Source: an uncultured Candidatus Saccharibacteria bacterium (GTDB lineage: Bacteria; Patescibacteriota; Saccharimonadia; Saccharimonadales; EFPC-124). From it: a DNA stretch of 64,000 nucleotides. Shown piece after piece: positions 18,748 through 27,494 of this stretch (its first letter is position 1; the number at the start of each line of letters is the position of its first letter). Location of the stretch: assembly GCA_964586395.1 (NCBI GenBank), contig CAZPGP010000001.1, positions 1,865-65,864 of the forward strand. The letters run 5' to 3'. The translations under genes were made by a program, and so were the position numbers. Under the pieces are notes generated by a model. That model saw nothing but the letters and a program-made list of their open reading frames with translations. It ran no database searches and was not told where the DNA came from.

Positions 18748-19038
18748 CTAGGCGTTGACGACCATGTAGACCAAAACGGCGATAACCACGACGGCTACGA
18801 CCATCACGGCGATAACGAGGCCCTTGCGAGAACCTGGCGTGTGAACGGTTGCAGCTGGTTGCTGAAGTGGTGTTGGCGCGGTTGGACCGCCCGCTGGGTC
18901 AAAAGGCGATGGAGCTGCTGGCTGCGGAGCCGCGGCTGGTGGAGGTGTCGTTGGAGTTGGCGTTGGCCCAGGAACGCCAGGCTGAGGTGCTGCGCCTGGG
19001 GTTGGAGTTGGATTCTGTGGATTATTATCTGGGTTCAT
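18748..19038 (-). CDS. Pro-rich protein with C-terminal membrane anchor
   Basis: Low-complexity PT/PA region and a C-terminal hydrophobic helix. Confidence 0.7.
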   Translation of the reverse strand: MNPDNNPQNPTPTPGAAPQPGVPGPTPTPTTPPPAAAPQPAAPSPFDPAGGPTAPTPLQQPAATVHTPGSRKGLVIAVMVVAVVVIAVLVYMVVNA

Positions 19039-19097
19039 AGGAAGATTTCTCTTTTACGCTTATGGTAATCCTATAATTACGCAGAAGCGATCGAGCG

Positions 19098-20117
19098 TCA
19101 AGCGTCGGTACCCTTGCGTGCTTTGCGACGTTCGTCGGCGGCGAGCTTGGCGACCGCGCGGAGGTCTTCGTACTGATCAAACTCGTCGACAATCTTGCGG
19201 CCAATGATTGTTTCGAGCACGTCCTCGATACTGACGACGCCCATTACTTCCTCAAACTCATTCACAACCATGAACAAGTGGTGCTTTGTGCGGAGGAACG
19301 CTTGCAGCACGTGGTCGAGCGATTTCTCTTGGTGGACATAGAATACTTTGGGGTTCATGACGTTGCTCACCTTCTTGCTCTTGGGGTCGAGCGGCACGAG
19401 GTCGTGCATGTATAGCACGCCCTTGATGTGATCGAGGTCGCCCTCGATAACCGGAAAGCGTGAATGACCGGACTTGTGCAGGCGATCAAGAAGCAGCGGC
19501 CCCATAGTCTCATCCGCCTCAACGGTCACAACAACCGAGCGCGGAATCATAATGTCGCGGACCAGCATACCCTGATAGAGCAGCGCTTGGCGCATCAGAA
19601 GCTTCTCGTCTTTATCCAACACGTCCCGGTCACGATCGATCTCGGCCAGTAGTTCGTCCTTAGAGTAGAAACCCGCAGTATCTGTCCCTCCCAGGAGCCG
19701 GTTATCCGACAATAGCTGCAGGACAGGGCGAAGTGTGTGAGCCGCACGCAGAAATTGCGCCTCATAGCGCAGACTCAACTGCTCGGCCTGCTTGGCCAGC
19801 CATTGCTGCGTACTAATCAGCTCAACCAGCAGCAGCCAGACGAGCGCCATAATAATCGCAACCACAAAATTGTGTGACGCAGCCAGTACGACCACAATAA
19901 TAATGCTGAGTAGCAGCACGACCACTCGACGGAATGCGTCCAGCAATGGGCGCATCTCACGGAACTGCGCCTCTAGCTTGGCGTTATCATCGCCTGCCTT
20001 GATTCGTCGCTCAAGTTCAAAATCAGTCAGTTCGCTGCTCGCAAATCGCAAACTCTTCAGCCCGGCCGCAGCAGCAGCCAGTACGAGCACAATCAATTGA
20101 ATAATAACCTCTACCAT
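19098..20117 (-). CDS. CNNM/CBS-domain protein (CorB/hemolysin-C-like)
   Basis: N-terminal TMs; CBS pair with VRDIMIPR, GHSRFPV, HLFMVVNEF..V.GVVSIEDVLE.I.G..IVDEFD. Confidence 0.85.
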   Translation of the reverse strand: MVEVIIQLIVLVLAAAAAGLKSLRFASSELTDFELERRIKAGDDNAKLEAQFREMRPLLDAFRRVVVLLLSIIIVVVLAASHNFVVAIIMALVWLLLVELISTQQWLAKQAEQLSLRYEAQFLRAAHTLRPVLQLLSDNRLLGGTDTAGFYSKDELLAEIDRDRDVLDKDEKLLMRQALLYQGMLVRDIMIPRSVVVTVEADETMGPLLLDRLHKSGHSRFPVIEGDLDHIKGVLYMHDLVPLDPKSKKVSNVMNPKVFYVHQEKSLDHVLQAFLRTKHHLFMVVNEFEEVMGVVSIEDVLETIIGRKIVDEFDQYEDLRAVAKLAADERRKARKGTDA

Positions 20118-20232
20118 ATTGTCTCCTATTCTAGCAGGAATTCGGGCGGACAGGCGTGCTGCACCTCAATTCTGTCTCAGTATTTACGTTTTTATGTAAA
20201 AGACCATAAAACTACGTTATTATAAAGAGGTT

Positions 20233-20919
20233 ATGACAAAAACGAGATGGATTATATTTGCACTGCTGTGCCTAGGTATTTTGGGCCTGATTATTATTAC
20301 TAATAAGAACGATTCGAGCTCCTCCTACAACGGAGATGCAACTAAAGTCATTACGGACGGCCCGATTGCCGACCATGTCTTCGGCAGCAATGCCGGCAAG
20401 GTCGTGCTGGTTGAATACGCCGACTTTCAATGTCCTGGCTGTGAAAGCGCCTTCCCACTCATGAAGGAAATCAAGGAAAAATACAAAGACAACCTGACGT
20501 TCGTCTTCCGCAACTTACCGCTGACGACCATTCACCCGAACGCTCTGGCTGCAGCAACTGCCGCCGAAGCCGCCGGTCTACAGAACAAGTTCTTTGAATA
20601 TCACGATTTGCTGTACCAGAACCAGGCCCAGTGGAAGGACGCTCCTGTCAGCGACCGCACCAAGACATTCGAGTCGTATGCGTCGCAGCTCGGCATGGAC
20701 ACCAATAAATTCAAGACCGATCTCAAGAACCCCGACATCACTGCCAAGATTAATCGCGACCGCGCGACCGCCAGCAAGCAAGGCTTCAACTCAACTCCGA
20801 CACTGATGCTGAATGGCCAAAAGGTCTCCCAAGACGCTACGTTTGACAAGGCCAAGCTGACCCAACTTATCAACGACGAGTACGAAAAAGCCGGCATCAA
20901 ACCACCTGCCGCTGAATAG
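20233..20919 (+). CDS. DsbA/BdbD-family thioredoxin-fold disulfide oxidoreductase
   Basis: Membrane anchor, EYADFQCPGC, FRNLPL..IHPNA..AA.AAEAA, STPT..LNG. Confidence 0.9.
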   Translation: MTKTRWIIFALLCLGILGLIIITNKNDSSSSYNGDATKVITDGPIADHVFGSNAGKVVLVEYADFQCPGCESAFPLMKEIKEKYKDNLTFVFRNLPLTTIHPNALAAATAAEAAGLQNKFFEYHDLLYQNQAQWKDAPVSDRTKTFESYASQLGMDTNKFKTDLKNPDITAKINRDRATASKQGFNSTPTLMLNGQKVSQDATFDKAKLTQLINDEYEKAGIKPPAAE

Positions 20920-20939
20920 ACCTTGCCTCTGAGCATAGC

Positions 20940-20971
20940 AAAACCCCAGGGATCGAAATCTCTGGGGTTTT
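20940..20971. terminator. bidirectional intrinsic terminator
   Basis: AAAACCCCAGGGAT-CGAA-ATCTCTGGGGTTTT. Confidence 0.8.
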
Positions 20972-21018
20972 GACGTTGGATTGGGCTCGAGCTAGCCGGA
21001 GCTAGTCTTTCCAATCTC

Positions 21019-21111
21019 CTAGTGGGCTATGTAAAGTTGCCACTCGGCGGGAACGATTTCCACCTCAATACGCTTAGTCCTTGAAGGGACCTTGCGAATG
21101 TCAATGGGCAT
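21019..21111 (-). CDS. putative 30-aa small protein MPIDIRKVPSRTKRIEVEIVPAEWQLYIAH
   Basis: AAGGAG SD and dedicated promoter TTGACG-N17-TAGATT; sits in an otherwise empty ~350-bp gap; below the ORF-track cutoff. Confidence 0.5.
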   Translation of the reverse strand: MPIDIRKVPSRTKRIEVEIVPAEWQLYIAH

Positions 21112-21172
21112 AGTAGGATATACTCCTTGTTTACTATTCGCGGCCGTTCGCTACGCGGCAAACACAAAGACA

Positions 21173-21201
21173 AATCTATCAAACCTTGGTTTTGGCGTCA
21201 A
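21173..21201 (-). promoter_or_regulatory. sigma70 promoter for the small ORF or sRNA
   Basis: TTGACG-N17-TAGATT with TG extension. Confidence 0.6.
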
Positions 21202-21276
21202 TCATAAGCACAATGAGTTGGCAAGGGATACGGGCAAAAAACTGTAGTAATTTTGTACCCTCATCATAAGAACAAT

Positions 21277-22533
21277 TTACGCCAATATAAGGGTCGCAAG
21301 ACCCAGAAATGCCAGGAATCCGAGTACATCCGTCGCTGTCGTGATGAAAATTGTCGCCGAGGCGGCCGGATCCTTACGAAGCTTCGACATAATCAACGGT
21401 ACGAGCGTACCGAATACCGCGGCAACAGCGAGGTTGATCACCATCGCGAGGGCCAAAATCAGCGCAATCTTCCAGTCGTGATCCTTCATCAGAACCACAA
21501 ATGCGACGATAAAGCCGTTAATCACACCGTTGATAAGTCCGGCGCCGACTTCGTTCTTCAGCGTCTTCCAGGCTGTATCTAACGAAATCTGTCGTAGCGC
21601 AATACCACGAACCAGTACGGCCAGTGTCTGCGTAGCCGCGTTGCCGCCCATTCCAGCCACAATAGGCATGTAGACCGCCAACAGGACATACTCAGAGATG
21701 ATTGCTTCGAACTGACCAACTGTGAATGCCGCCAGGAAGGCGGTGGCGAGGTTGATAATGAGCCATTTGTAGCGGAACTTAACCTTCTGCTTGACGCTGT
21801 CGGTCACACCCTCTTCGGCGCTCACGCCCGCGAAGTCGTACAGCGAAGCAGACTCACGTTCCTGCGCCAGCTTGAGCACGTCGTCGGAGTAGATGATACC
21901 CATCGGGTCGCCAGCTTCATTCATGACCGCAACCTTACTGTGCGGGTGAGTGCGGAAGGTGTGGACCACCTCGCTGTGTGGAGCGGCGTGTGAAATCCTT
22001 GGGATACGCCTAACATTACCGTCGATCGGCGCATGCGGTTCGCTGAATCCCAGCTCGTGTCCAGGCAGGAATCCCGTCAGCTTACCGTCCTTGAAGACGA
22101 GAATGACCGGCGGACGACCAGTTCGCTGCTCGTGATCACGGAACTTGCGGGCTACGCCAGCAACCGTCTCGTCGGCGTCGACCTGAATGTAGTCCAAGGT
22201 CATGAGACCGGCTGCTGTATCGGGGTCAAACTCGAGCAAAGTCGCCAGCGAGTTACGGACCTCGTCGCCCAACAGTATCAGCGTGCGTTCACGCTTACGC
22301 TTGCTTAGAAGCTGCAGCATGTCAGTGGCATCATCAGGCGCAATCGCCTCGAGTATGTCCACCAGATCTTGATCGGGAATGTGCATCAGAATCTCGTGTC
22401 GAATATGCGATGGCAGCTGGTGCAACATCGCAACTCGCTCGTGGAGCGGCAAGCCCATAAATACTTCGAGGCGCTTATCTTTGTGGAACAGAATGTCTTT
22501 GACTGAGTGTTTGGTAATTTCTGATGCTTTCAT
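21277..22533 (-). CDS. mgtE: magnesium transporter MgtE
   Basis: DTAAGLMT, CBS pair, R.KWL.INL, MPIVAGMGGNAATQ, DPA.....FITT.TDV.GF. Confidence 0.92.
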   Translation of the reverse strand: MKASEITKHSVKDILFHKDKRLEVFMGLPLHERVAMLHQLPSHIRHEILMHIPDQDLVDILEAIAPDDATDMLQLLSKRKRERTLILLGDEVRNSLATLLEFDPDTAAGLMTLDYIQVDADETVAGVARKFRDHEQRTGRPPVILVFKDGKLTGFLPGHELGFSEPHAPIDGNVRRIPRISHAAPHSEVVHTFRTHPHSKVAVMNEAGDPMGIIYSDDVLKLAQERESASLYDFAGVSAEEGVTDSVKQKVKFRYKWLIINLATAFLAAFTVGQFEAIISEYVLLAVYMPIVAGMGGNAATQTLAVLVRGIALRQISLDTAWKTLKNEVGAGLINGVINGFIVAFVVLMKDHDWKIALILALAMVINLAVAAVFGTLVPLIMSKLRKDPAASATIFITTATDVLGFLAFLGLATLILA

Positions 22534-22553
22534 ATCTGTTTGATCTTAATTGA

Positions 22554-23483
22554 TTAGAATATCCGGCGTTTCCTGGCCACCAGCCACACCATCCACGACA
22601 GCCCAATGCTGAGTGGCAGGACAAAGAAATACGCCCACGGTTCATGCTGGAATGGCAGCGGAATGTTCATGCCGTACATCCCGTAGACGACGTTTGGCAG
22701 CGTGATGAGGACCGTGAAGGCGGTCAGAACTTTCATGCTTCGGTTCAGGTTGTTGGAGTTGATGGTCGAATAAGCTTCGCGAATGTTAATGATAGTTTTG
22801 ATGTTACTATTACAACTTTCAATCGACTGCTCGTTGTTCAGCAGTAAGTCCTCGACCAAGTCTTGGTCTTCTTCGTACAGTTGGATGTGCTTGCCAAGCA
22901 GCAGTCGGCGCAGGATAGCGGTGGTCGGCAACAGTGCGCTCAAGAACTCATTCAGCTCGTCCTCGATAAGCACGAAGTCCACAAAATCCTGGTTTCCAAT
23001 CTCATGGCCACGCAGGCGCGAACGGATGACTTTAGTCTGGCGGCTAATGTTGTTAATGAAAATCTCGTATTCGTCGACGATCTGAAACAGGATCTGTAGC
23101 ACGAGCTTGGCGCGCTGCGTTGTCGCAAACTCGACTTTACCAGTCAGGAAACGCTGCATGCGAGGAATCTCACCATGCGCGATCGTAATCAACAGGTCAG
23201 GACCAACGATAAACAGAAGTGGCGCGGTGGTTAGCTCTAAGTCGTCGTTGGTGTAGGCGTAACGCATGAAGATGTAGCTCTTGTCGCCCTCTTTCTCCAG
23301 GCGAGGCATCTCGTCTTCGTCCATTGCGTCTTCGAGGTGGCCCGGTTCGAGCTTGAAGCGTTTGATGAGGAAGGCAATCTCTTCTTCGGTCGGCTGCTGC
23401 ACGCAGACCCATGAACCGGGATGGTACTCATCCAGCTCACTGACCTGCTTGCTGCGTAGGTTTTTGTAGTAATACTTGATCAT
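22554..23483 (-). CDS. corA: CorA family magnesium transporter
   Basis: YGMN signature after the TM helix, NNLN..MKVLT. Confidence 0.9.
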   Translation of the reverse strand: MIKYYYKNLRSKQVSELDEYHPGSWVCVQQPTEEEIAFLIKRFKLEPGHLEDAMDEDEMPRLEKEGDKSYIFMRYAYTNDDLELTTAPLLFIVGPDLLITIAHGEIPRMQRFLTGKVEFATTQRAKLVLQILFQIVDEYEIFINNISRQTKVIRSRLRGHEIGNQDFVDFVLIEDELNEFLSALLPTTAILRRLLLGKHIQLYEEDQDLVEDLLLNNEQSIESCNSNIKTIINIREAYSTINSNNLNRSMKVLTAFTVLITLPNVVYGMYGMNIPLPFQHEPWAYFFVLPLSIGLSWMVWLVARKRRIF

Positions 23484-23574
23484 TCGGCTTACGCTTTCTT
23501 TGTTTTCAGTATAGCACCAGGGAACGTCAGCGACGATAGCTCTTTGAGTCTACATATGGTTTAGTATAGGCACT

Positions 23575-23985
23575 ATGAACAAAGTTGATCCAAACCAAGG
23601 TGGGACCAAATCGATTTTCCAGGCCAAAAGAACAAGAGTGCTTTCCGCTTTGCTGGCCGTCTTAATATTGGGAACTCTAGCTTTTGGCCTCCCTTATACT
23701 GTGTCTGACGGAACGGAAAAATTTACCGGCAAGGAGGCCGGGGTGGCTAAGTGGGCAATTGGCGATGGGAGTTACGACGGCCCGTCTGTTGGCCCTATTC
23801 CTAATCCTACGGTCACCTTTAGGGCAAAAGTAACGAACGTCCAGAAGACTGACACGGAAAAGCGATGCAGCACAGCAAGCAGTATAGGCGATCCGGGGGT
23901 GGTCTATATAGTAGAGATCAGTAGAGTCACATTCTTCGGTATTTTGGCGCCTGGGTATTCAACTCCTTATTGCGTCGCTAATTGA
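23575..23985 (+). CDS. hypothetical single-TM exported protein (paralog A)
   Basis: N-terminal TM, DG...F.G.....A..AI motif, two Cys. Confidence 0.65.
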   Translation: MNKVDPNQGGTKSIFQAKRTRVLSALLAVLILGTLAFGLPYTVSDGTEKFTGKEAGVAKWAIGDGSYDGPSVGPIPNPTVTFRAKVTNVQKTDTEKRCSTASSIGDPGVVYIVEISRVTFFGILAPGYSTPYCVAN

Positions 23986-24021
23986 TTGTTATTGAGTACT
24001 AATCATTAAAATGGTTTAATA

Positions 24022-24480
24022 GTGTCCACTATGACTAAATCGAATTCGAAATCAGGTGGATCTGACGACAACTTCCTTAAGACCCCAATGGGGAAGATTA
24101 GCCTCGTAGCAGCGGGGTTATTGGCTGTCGGGGTTTTACATTTTGTGGTCTTAACCATTATTGCGCCACTTGCTATGGGTGATGGCGTAAGCCGCTATTC
24201 AGGCGCCTCGAAAGAGGCAGCAAAGATGGCGATCGACAATACCTATTCCCTTATTGACAACAAAAGCCGCTGGGGCCATATCGTATATACAAATGACGTC
24301 CACGCCACGACAGATGCAGAAAAAGCTCAATATTGTACCGGCGATAGGGCACGCGTAGTTACCGACCCTAATGACCCTCACTTCTACACCGTGGTGGTCA
24401 ATATCAAACAGCTATTCACCTATAGCCAGGCCACAACCCAAATTCAGGCTGGCTGCTCAAGTTCCCCTGCTGCTTGGTAG
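24022..24480 (+). CDS. hypothetical single-TM exported protein (paralog B)
   Basis: N-terminal TM, DG...Y.G.....A..AI motif, two Cys; the start may be ATG 24031. Confidence 0.65.
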   Translation: MSTMTKSNSKSGGSDDNFLKTPMGKISLVAAGLLAVGVLHFVVLTIIAPLAMGDGVSRYSGASKEAAKMAIDNTYSLIDNKSRWGHIVYTNDVHATTDAEKAQYCTGDRARVVTDPNDPHFYTVVVNIKQLFTYSQATTQIQAGCSSSPAAW

Positions 24481-24504
24481 TAGACCTAGCAAATCTACTA
24501 GTGC

Positions 24505-24533
24505 TTGCAATTAGGACCATCTATTGTCATAAT
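24505..24533 (+). promoter_or_regulatory. sigma70 promoter of the lectin gene
   Basis: TTGCAA-N17-CATAAT with TG extension. Confidence 0.6.
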
Positions 24534-24643
24534 CCGCCCACGCCATTTGGCTGACCGCCGATGGTAAGCGGAGATGACCGTAAGACCCAAAAGGGCTGAT
24601 CGACGCTCCGAGCACCTTTCGACCTAGCTGAAGGGATACCGTC

Positions 24644-27364
24644 ATGCGATATCGCATACGCGGTCCAATGACGAGATTCGTCCTCGTCCTCACGTTCATC
24701 ATGTCCGCCTTCCTGGGGCAAGGCACACCCGCCTATGCAGCTTCAGACACGGACTTTCTGAACACTGCCAACACTGCCGACATGGGCTACTACGGCACGT
24801 GCGGCCGGTACTGGCCGCTCATCAACCAGTTCGAGACGTTCCATGCGCCTGGCACCCAGGGGCGGCTGGCGTCATGGAAATTCAAGCTCACAACGAATGA
24901 GCTGAATAGCCTCAAGTGTCTGCGGCTGTTCGGTGCTGAGTTCGTGGAGCTGGACTTCAGGCTGATCGGATTCGGAGGGGCAGACAACTGGGAGAACTAC
25001 CAGATTCTCGGCACCAACCTGCCCGCAGCGATCAAAGACGTGGCCTTCGCCGATTCGGCGGCGAGCAGTACGCCTGGCGTCACGAACATCCTCGTCACAG
25101 ATCTGAAGCCCGACAAGGACTACTACGCCACGATCTACTGGCGGGATGATGGCGGCCTCTATCCTTCGGGTACAGATCAACGAGTGTCGTTCCAGTGGGT
25201 GCCAAGCCACTGGTCACAGACAGGCAATATCGTGGAGACCGGCTCATGCGCCAATAGCGTCTTTTCGAGGAACTGGGCGTGGTGCATTTTCGGTACGACG
25301 CGAGCCTTCGTCAGCAAGGGCTTCTTCGGAAGTGGCCTACCCTTCAACTCCGGGAATGGCTACGGCATCTGGTACAGCTCGCCCACAAGCAGCTCAACCA
25401 GCAGCAGCCAGCCGAGCAGCGGTTCGTGGAGCGATCCTCCCGCCGCAGTGCTCGTGCCGCCGCGTCCGCCAGACGACCCGTTTAGGCCGTCGGCGCTTCA
25501 GTACGGCGCGTCGGAGCTGAGCGTGTTCCAGCGAGATGCCGACAACCACGTCAAGAAGGACTCGTGGAACGGCTCAAGCTGGAGCGGCTTCGGGGACATG
25601 GGCGGGAACCTTCGCGGTAACCCCGCCTCGGTTCAGTACGGCAACCCGGCCGAGCTGGATGTGTTCTCTCGGAGCGCAGACGACCAGATCTACAAGAACA
25701 CGTGGAACGGGTCGTCATGGTCCGGGTGGAACTCGTTGGGCGGAGAGATGCAAGGCAGCCCCTCAGCCGTCGCCTACGGCAGCGAGCTGAGCGTGTTCTC
25801 CAGAGGAAGCAACAACGAGATCTGGAAGAACACGTGGAATGGCTCGAGCTGGTCGGGCTGGAATACGCTCGGCGGCGACATGGCTGGTAACCCTGTGGCC
25901 GTGAAGCACGGCAACGAACTGGACGTGTTCGCCAAGGCAACAAACGGTGGCGCGCTCATGAAGAACACCTGGAACGGCAGCTCGTGGTCCGGCTGGAATA
26001 GCCTGGGCGGCGTGGTTGCCGGAGAGATCTCGGCCGTCTCGTACGGTTCGGAACTCGACGTGTTCGTCCGTGGCACCAACGGCGAGGTCTGGAAGCAAAC
26101 CTGGAACGGGAGTTCCTGGTCCGGATGGAATTCACTCGGTGGCAGCGGCATCACGGGCGACCCGGTCGGCGTGAAGTACGGTAGCGAGCTGACGGTGTTC
26201 GTCCGCGGTGGCGACAACAAGCTGTACAAGAAGACCTGGAACGGTTCGAGCTGGGTCGGCTGGGACAGCTTGGAAGGCATCGTGGTCGGCAACCCGGCTG
26301 CGGTGCAGTACAACTCGGAACTCAGCGTGTTCGTGCGCGGTGTGACGGGAGCGATCTGGAAGAAAACTTGGAATGGTTCCTTCTGGAGTGGCTGGAATAA
26401 CCTCAGTGACCCACCGCCCCCGACGGCGTCGGCCGTGGACAACCTCCGCCCCGCTGCTCTGCAATACGGCAGCGAGATGGATGTCATCCAGGCCGGTGGC
26501 GACGGCAAGATCTACAAGGACACGTGGAACGGCTCTTCCTGGAGTGGCTTCAGCGGAATGGACGGCGATAGTCCGAACAACCCCGCCGTGGTCCACTACT
26601 ACGACGAGTTCGACGTGTTCATCCGCGGCGGAGATGGCCAGATCTACAAGAAGACGTGGAACGGCCAGTTCTGGAGCGGATGGAACTCACTCGGTGGCAA
26701 TATGGTCGGCGCACCGTCGGCCGTGGCCTACAACTCCGAGCTGAGCGTCTTCGCGCGAGGTGGAGACGGCCATATCTACAAAAATACCTGGAACGGTGTG
26801 GCGTGGAGTGGCTGGAACGATCTCGGCGGGAACATGGCTGGCAACCCCGTAGCCGTGCAGTACGGCAACGAACTGAGCGTCTTCGTGAAGGGAGGCGACG
26901 GGCAGCTTTACAAGAAGACGTGGAATGGCGAGTCGTGGTCGGGCTGGAACACATTGGGCGGTACGCTCGGTGGTGATCCTTCCGTGACTGTTCACGGCGG
27001 CCAGATGAGTGTCGTGATGCGCAGCAGCGTCGACGGCTGGATCTGGAAGATCACGTGGGACGGCAGCTCGTGGAGTTCTTGGACTCCTATGGGCGGCGGC
27101 TTCGCGGGAAACCCCACGATCATGGCCTACAACAGCGAGCTGAACATCTTCGCCCGGGGCGGAGACGGCCGCATCTACAAGAACACGTGGAACGGTTCCA
27201 CGTGGAGTGGCTTCAACGACCTGGGTGGCAACATGATCGGTGACGTGGCCGCCATCCAGTACAACTCCGAGATGAACGTGTTCGCCCGCGCAAGCGGCGA
27301 TCACAAGATCTACAAGAACACCTGGAACGGGAGTTCCTGGAGCGGGTGGAACTACCTGGGCTGA
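24644..27364 (+). CDS. secreted protein with unknown N-domain and two 7-bladed PLL-like lectin beta-propellers
   Basis: Signal peptide ending TPAYA-A, Ser/Pro linker, 14 repeats of ~45 aa (EL.VF.RG.D..I.K.TWNGSSWSGW..LGG...G.P..V.Y) split 7+7 by a PPPP linker. Confidence 0.8.
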   Translation: MRYRIRGPMTRFVLVLTFIMSAFLGQGTPAYAASDTDFLNTANTADMGYYGTCGRYWPLINQFETFHAPGTQGRLASWKFKLTTNELNSLKCLRLFGAEFVELDFRLIGFGGADNWENYQILGTNLPAAIKDVAFADSAASSTPGVTNILVTDLKPDKDYYATIYWRDDGGLYPSGTDQRVSFQWVPSHWSQTGNIVETGSCANSVFSRNWAWCIFGTTRAFVSKGFFGSGLPFNSGNGYGIWYSSPTSSSTSSSQPSSGSWSDPPAAVLVPPRPPDDPFRPSALQYGASELSVFQRDADNHVKKDSWNGSSWSGFGDMGGNLRGNPASVQYGNPAELDVFSRSADDQIYKNTWNGSSWSGWNSLGGEMQGSPSAVAYGSELSVFSRGSNNEIWKNTWNGSSWSGWNTLGGDMAGNPVAVKHGNELDVFAKATNGGALMKNTWNGSSWSGWNSLGGVVAGEISAVSYGSELDVFVRGTNGEVWKQTWNGSSWSGWNSLGGSGITGDPVGVKYGSELTVFVRGGDNKLYKKTWNGSSWVGWDSLEGIVVGNPAAVQYNSELSVFVRGVTGAIWKKTWNGSFWSGWNNLSDPPPPTASAVDNLRPAALQYGSEMDVIQAGGDGKIYKDTWNGSSWSGFSGMDGDSPNNPAVVHYYDEFDVFIRGGDGQIYKKTWNGQFWSGWNSLGGNMVGAPSAVAYNSELSVFARGGDGHIYKNTWNGVAWSGWNDLGGNMAGNPVAVQYGNELSVFVKGGDGQLYKKTWNGESWSGWNTLGGTLGGDPSVTVHGGQMSVVMRSSVDGWIWKITWDGSSWSSWTPMGGGFAGNPTIMAYNSELNIFARGGDGRIYKNTWNGSTWSGFNDLGGNMIGDVAAIQYNSEMNVFARASGDHKIYKNTWNGSSWSGWNYLG
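25480..27361 (+). repeat. 14 degenerate coding repeats of ~135 bp (propeller blades)
   Basis: Recurrent in-frame ACxTGGAACGGxTCxTGG motif. Confidence 0.85.
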
Positions 27365-27381
27365 TCAAGCCCAACCTGCGA

Positions 27382-27423
27382 CCGGCCCGGCGTACTGCAC
27401 GACCTGCAGAAACGCCGGGCCGG
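27382..27423 (+). terminator. GC-rich hairpin without U-tract
   Basis: CCGGCCCGGCGT...ACGCCGGGCCGG with inner CTGCA/TGCAG stem. Confidence 0.65.
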
Positions 27424-27494
27424 CCAGGGCAACAACTCTAGAGCAAAATTTGTTTTTATGTCATAATGCTTTCAAACACCTAAAAACAAAAAAC

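Noticed and set aside
19098-23483. CNNM, MgtE and CorA clustering as a novel system or with an M-box riboswitch
   Set aside because: These are well-known Mg2+ transport families, and the short region upstream of corA shows no M-box-like leader.
24540-24643. c-di-AMP or fluoride riboswitch in the lectin leader
   Set aside because: The conserved cores of these families could not be matched by eye.
25480-27361. Regularly spaced ~135-bp repeats resembling a CRISPR array
   Set aside because: The repeats are degenerate at third codon positions, in frame, and encode propeller blades; there are no identical repeats with unique spacers and no cas genes.
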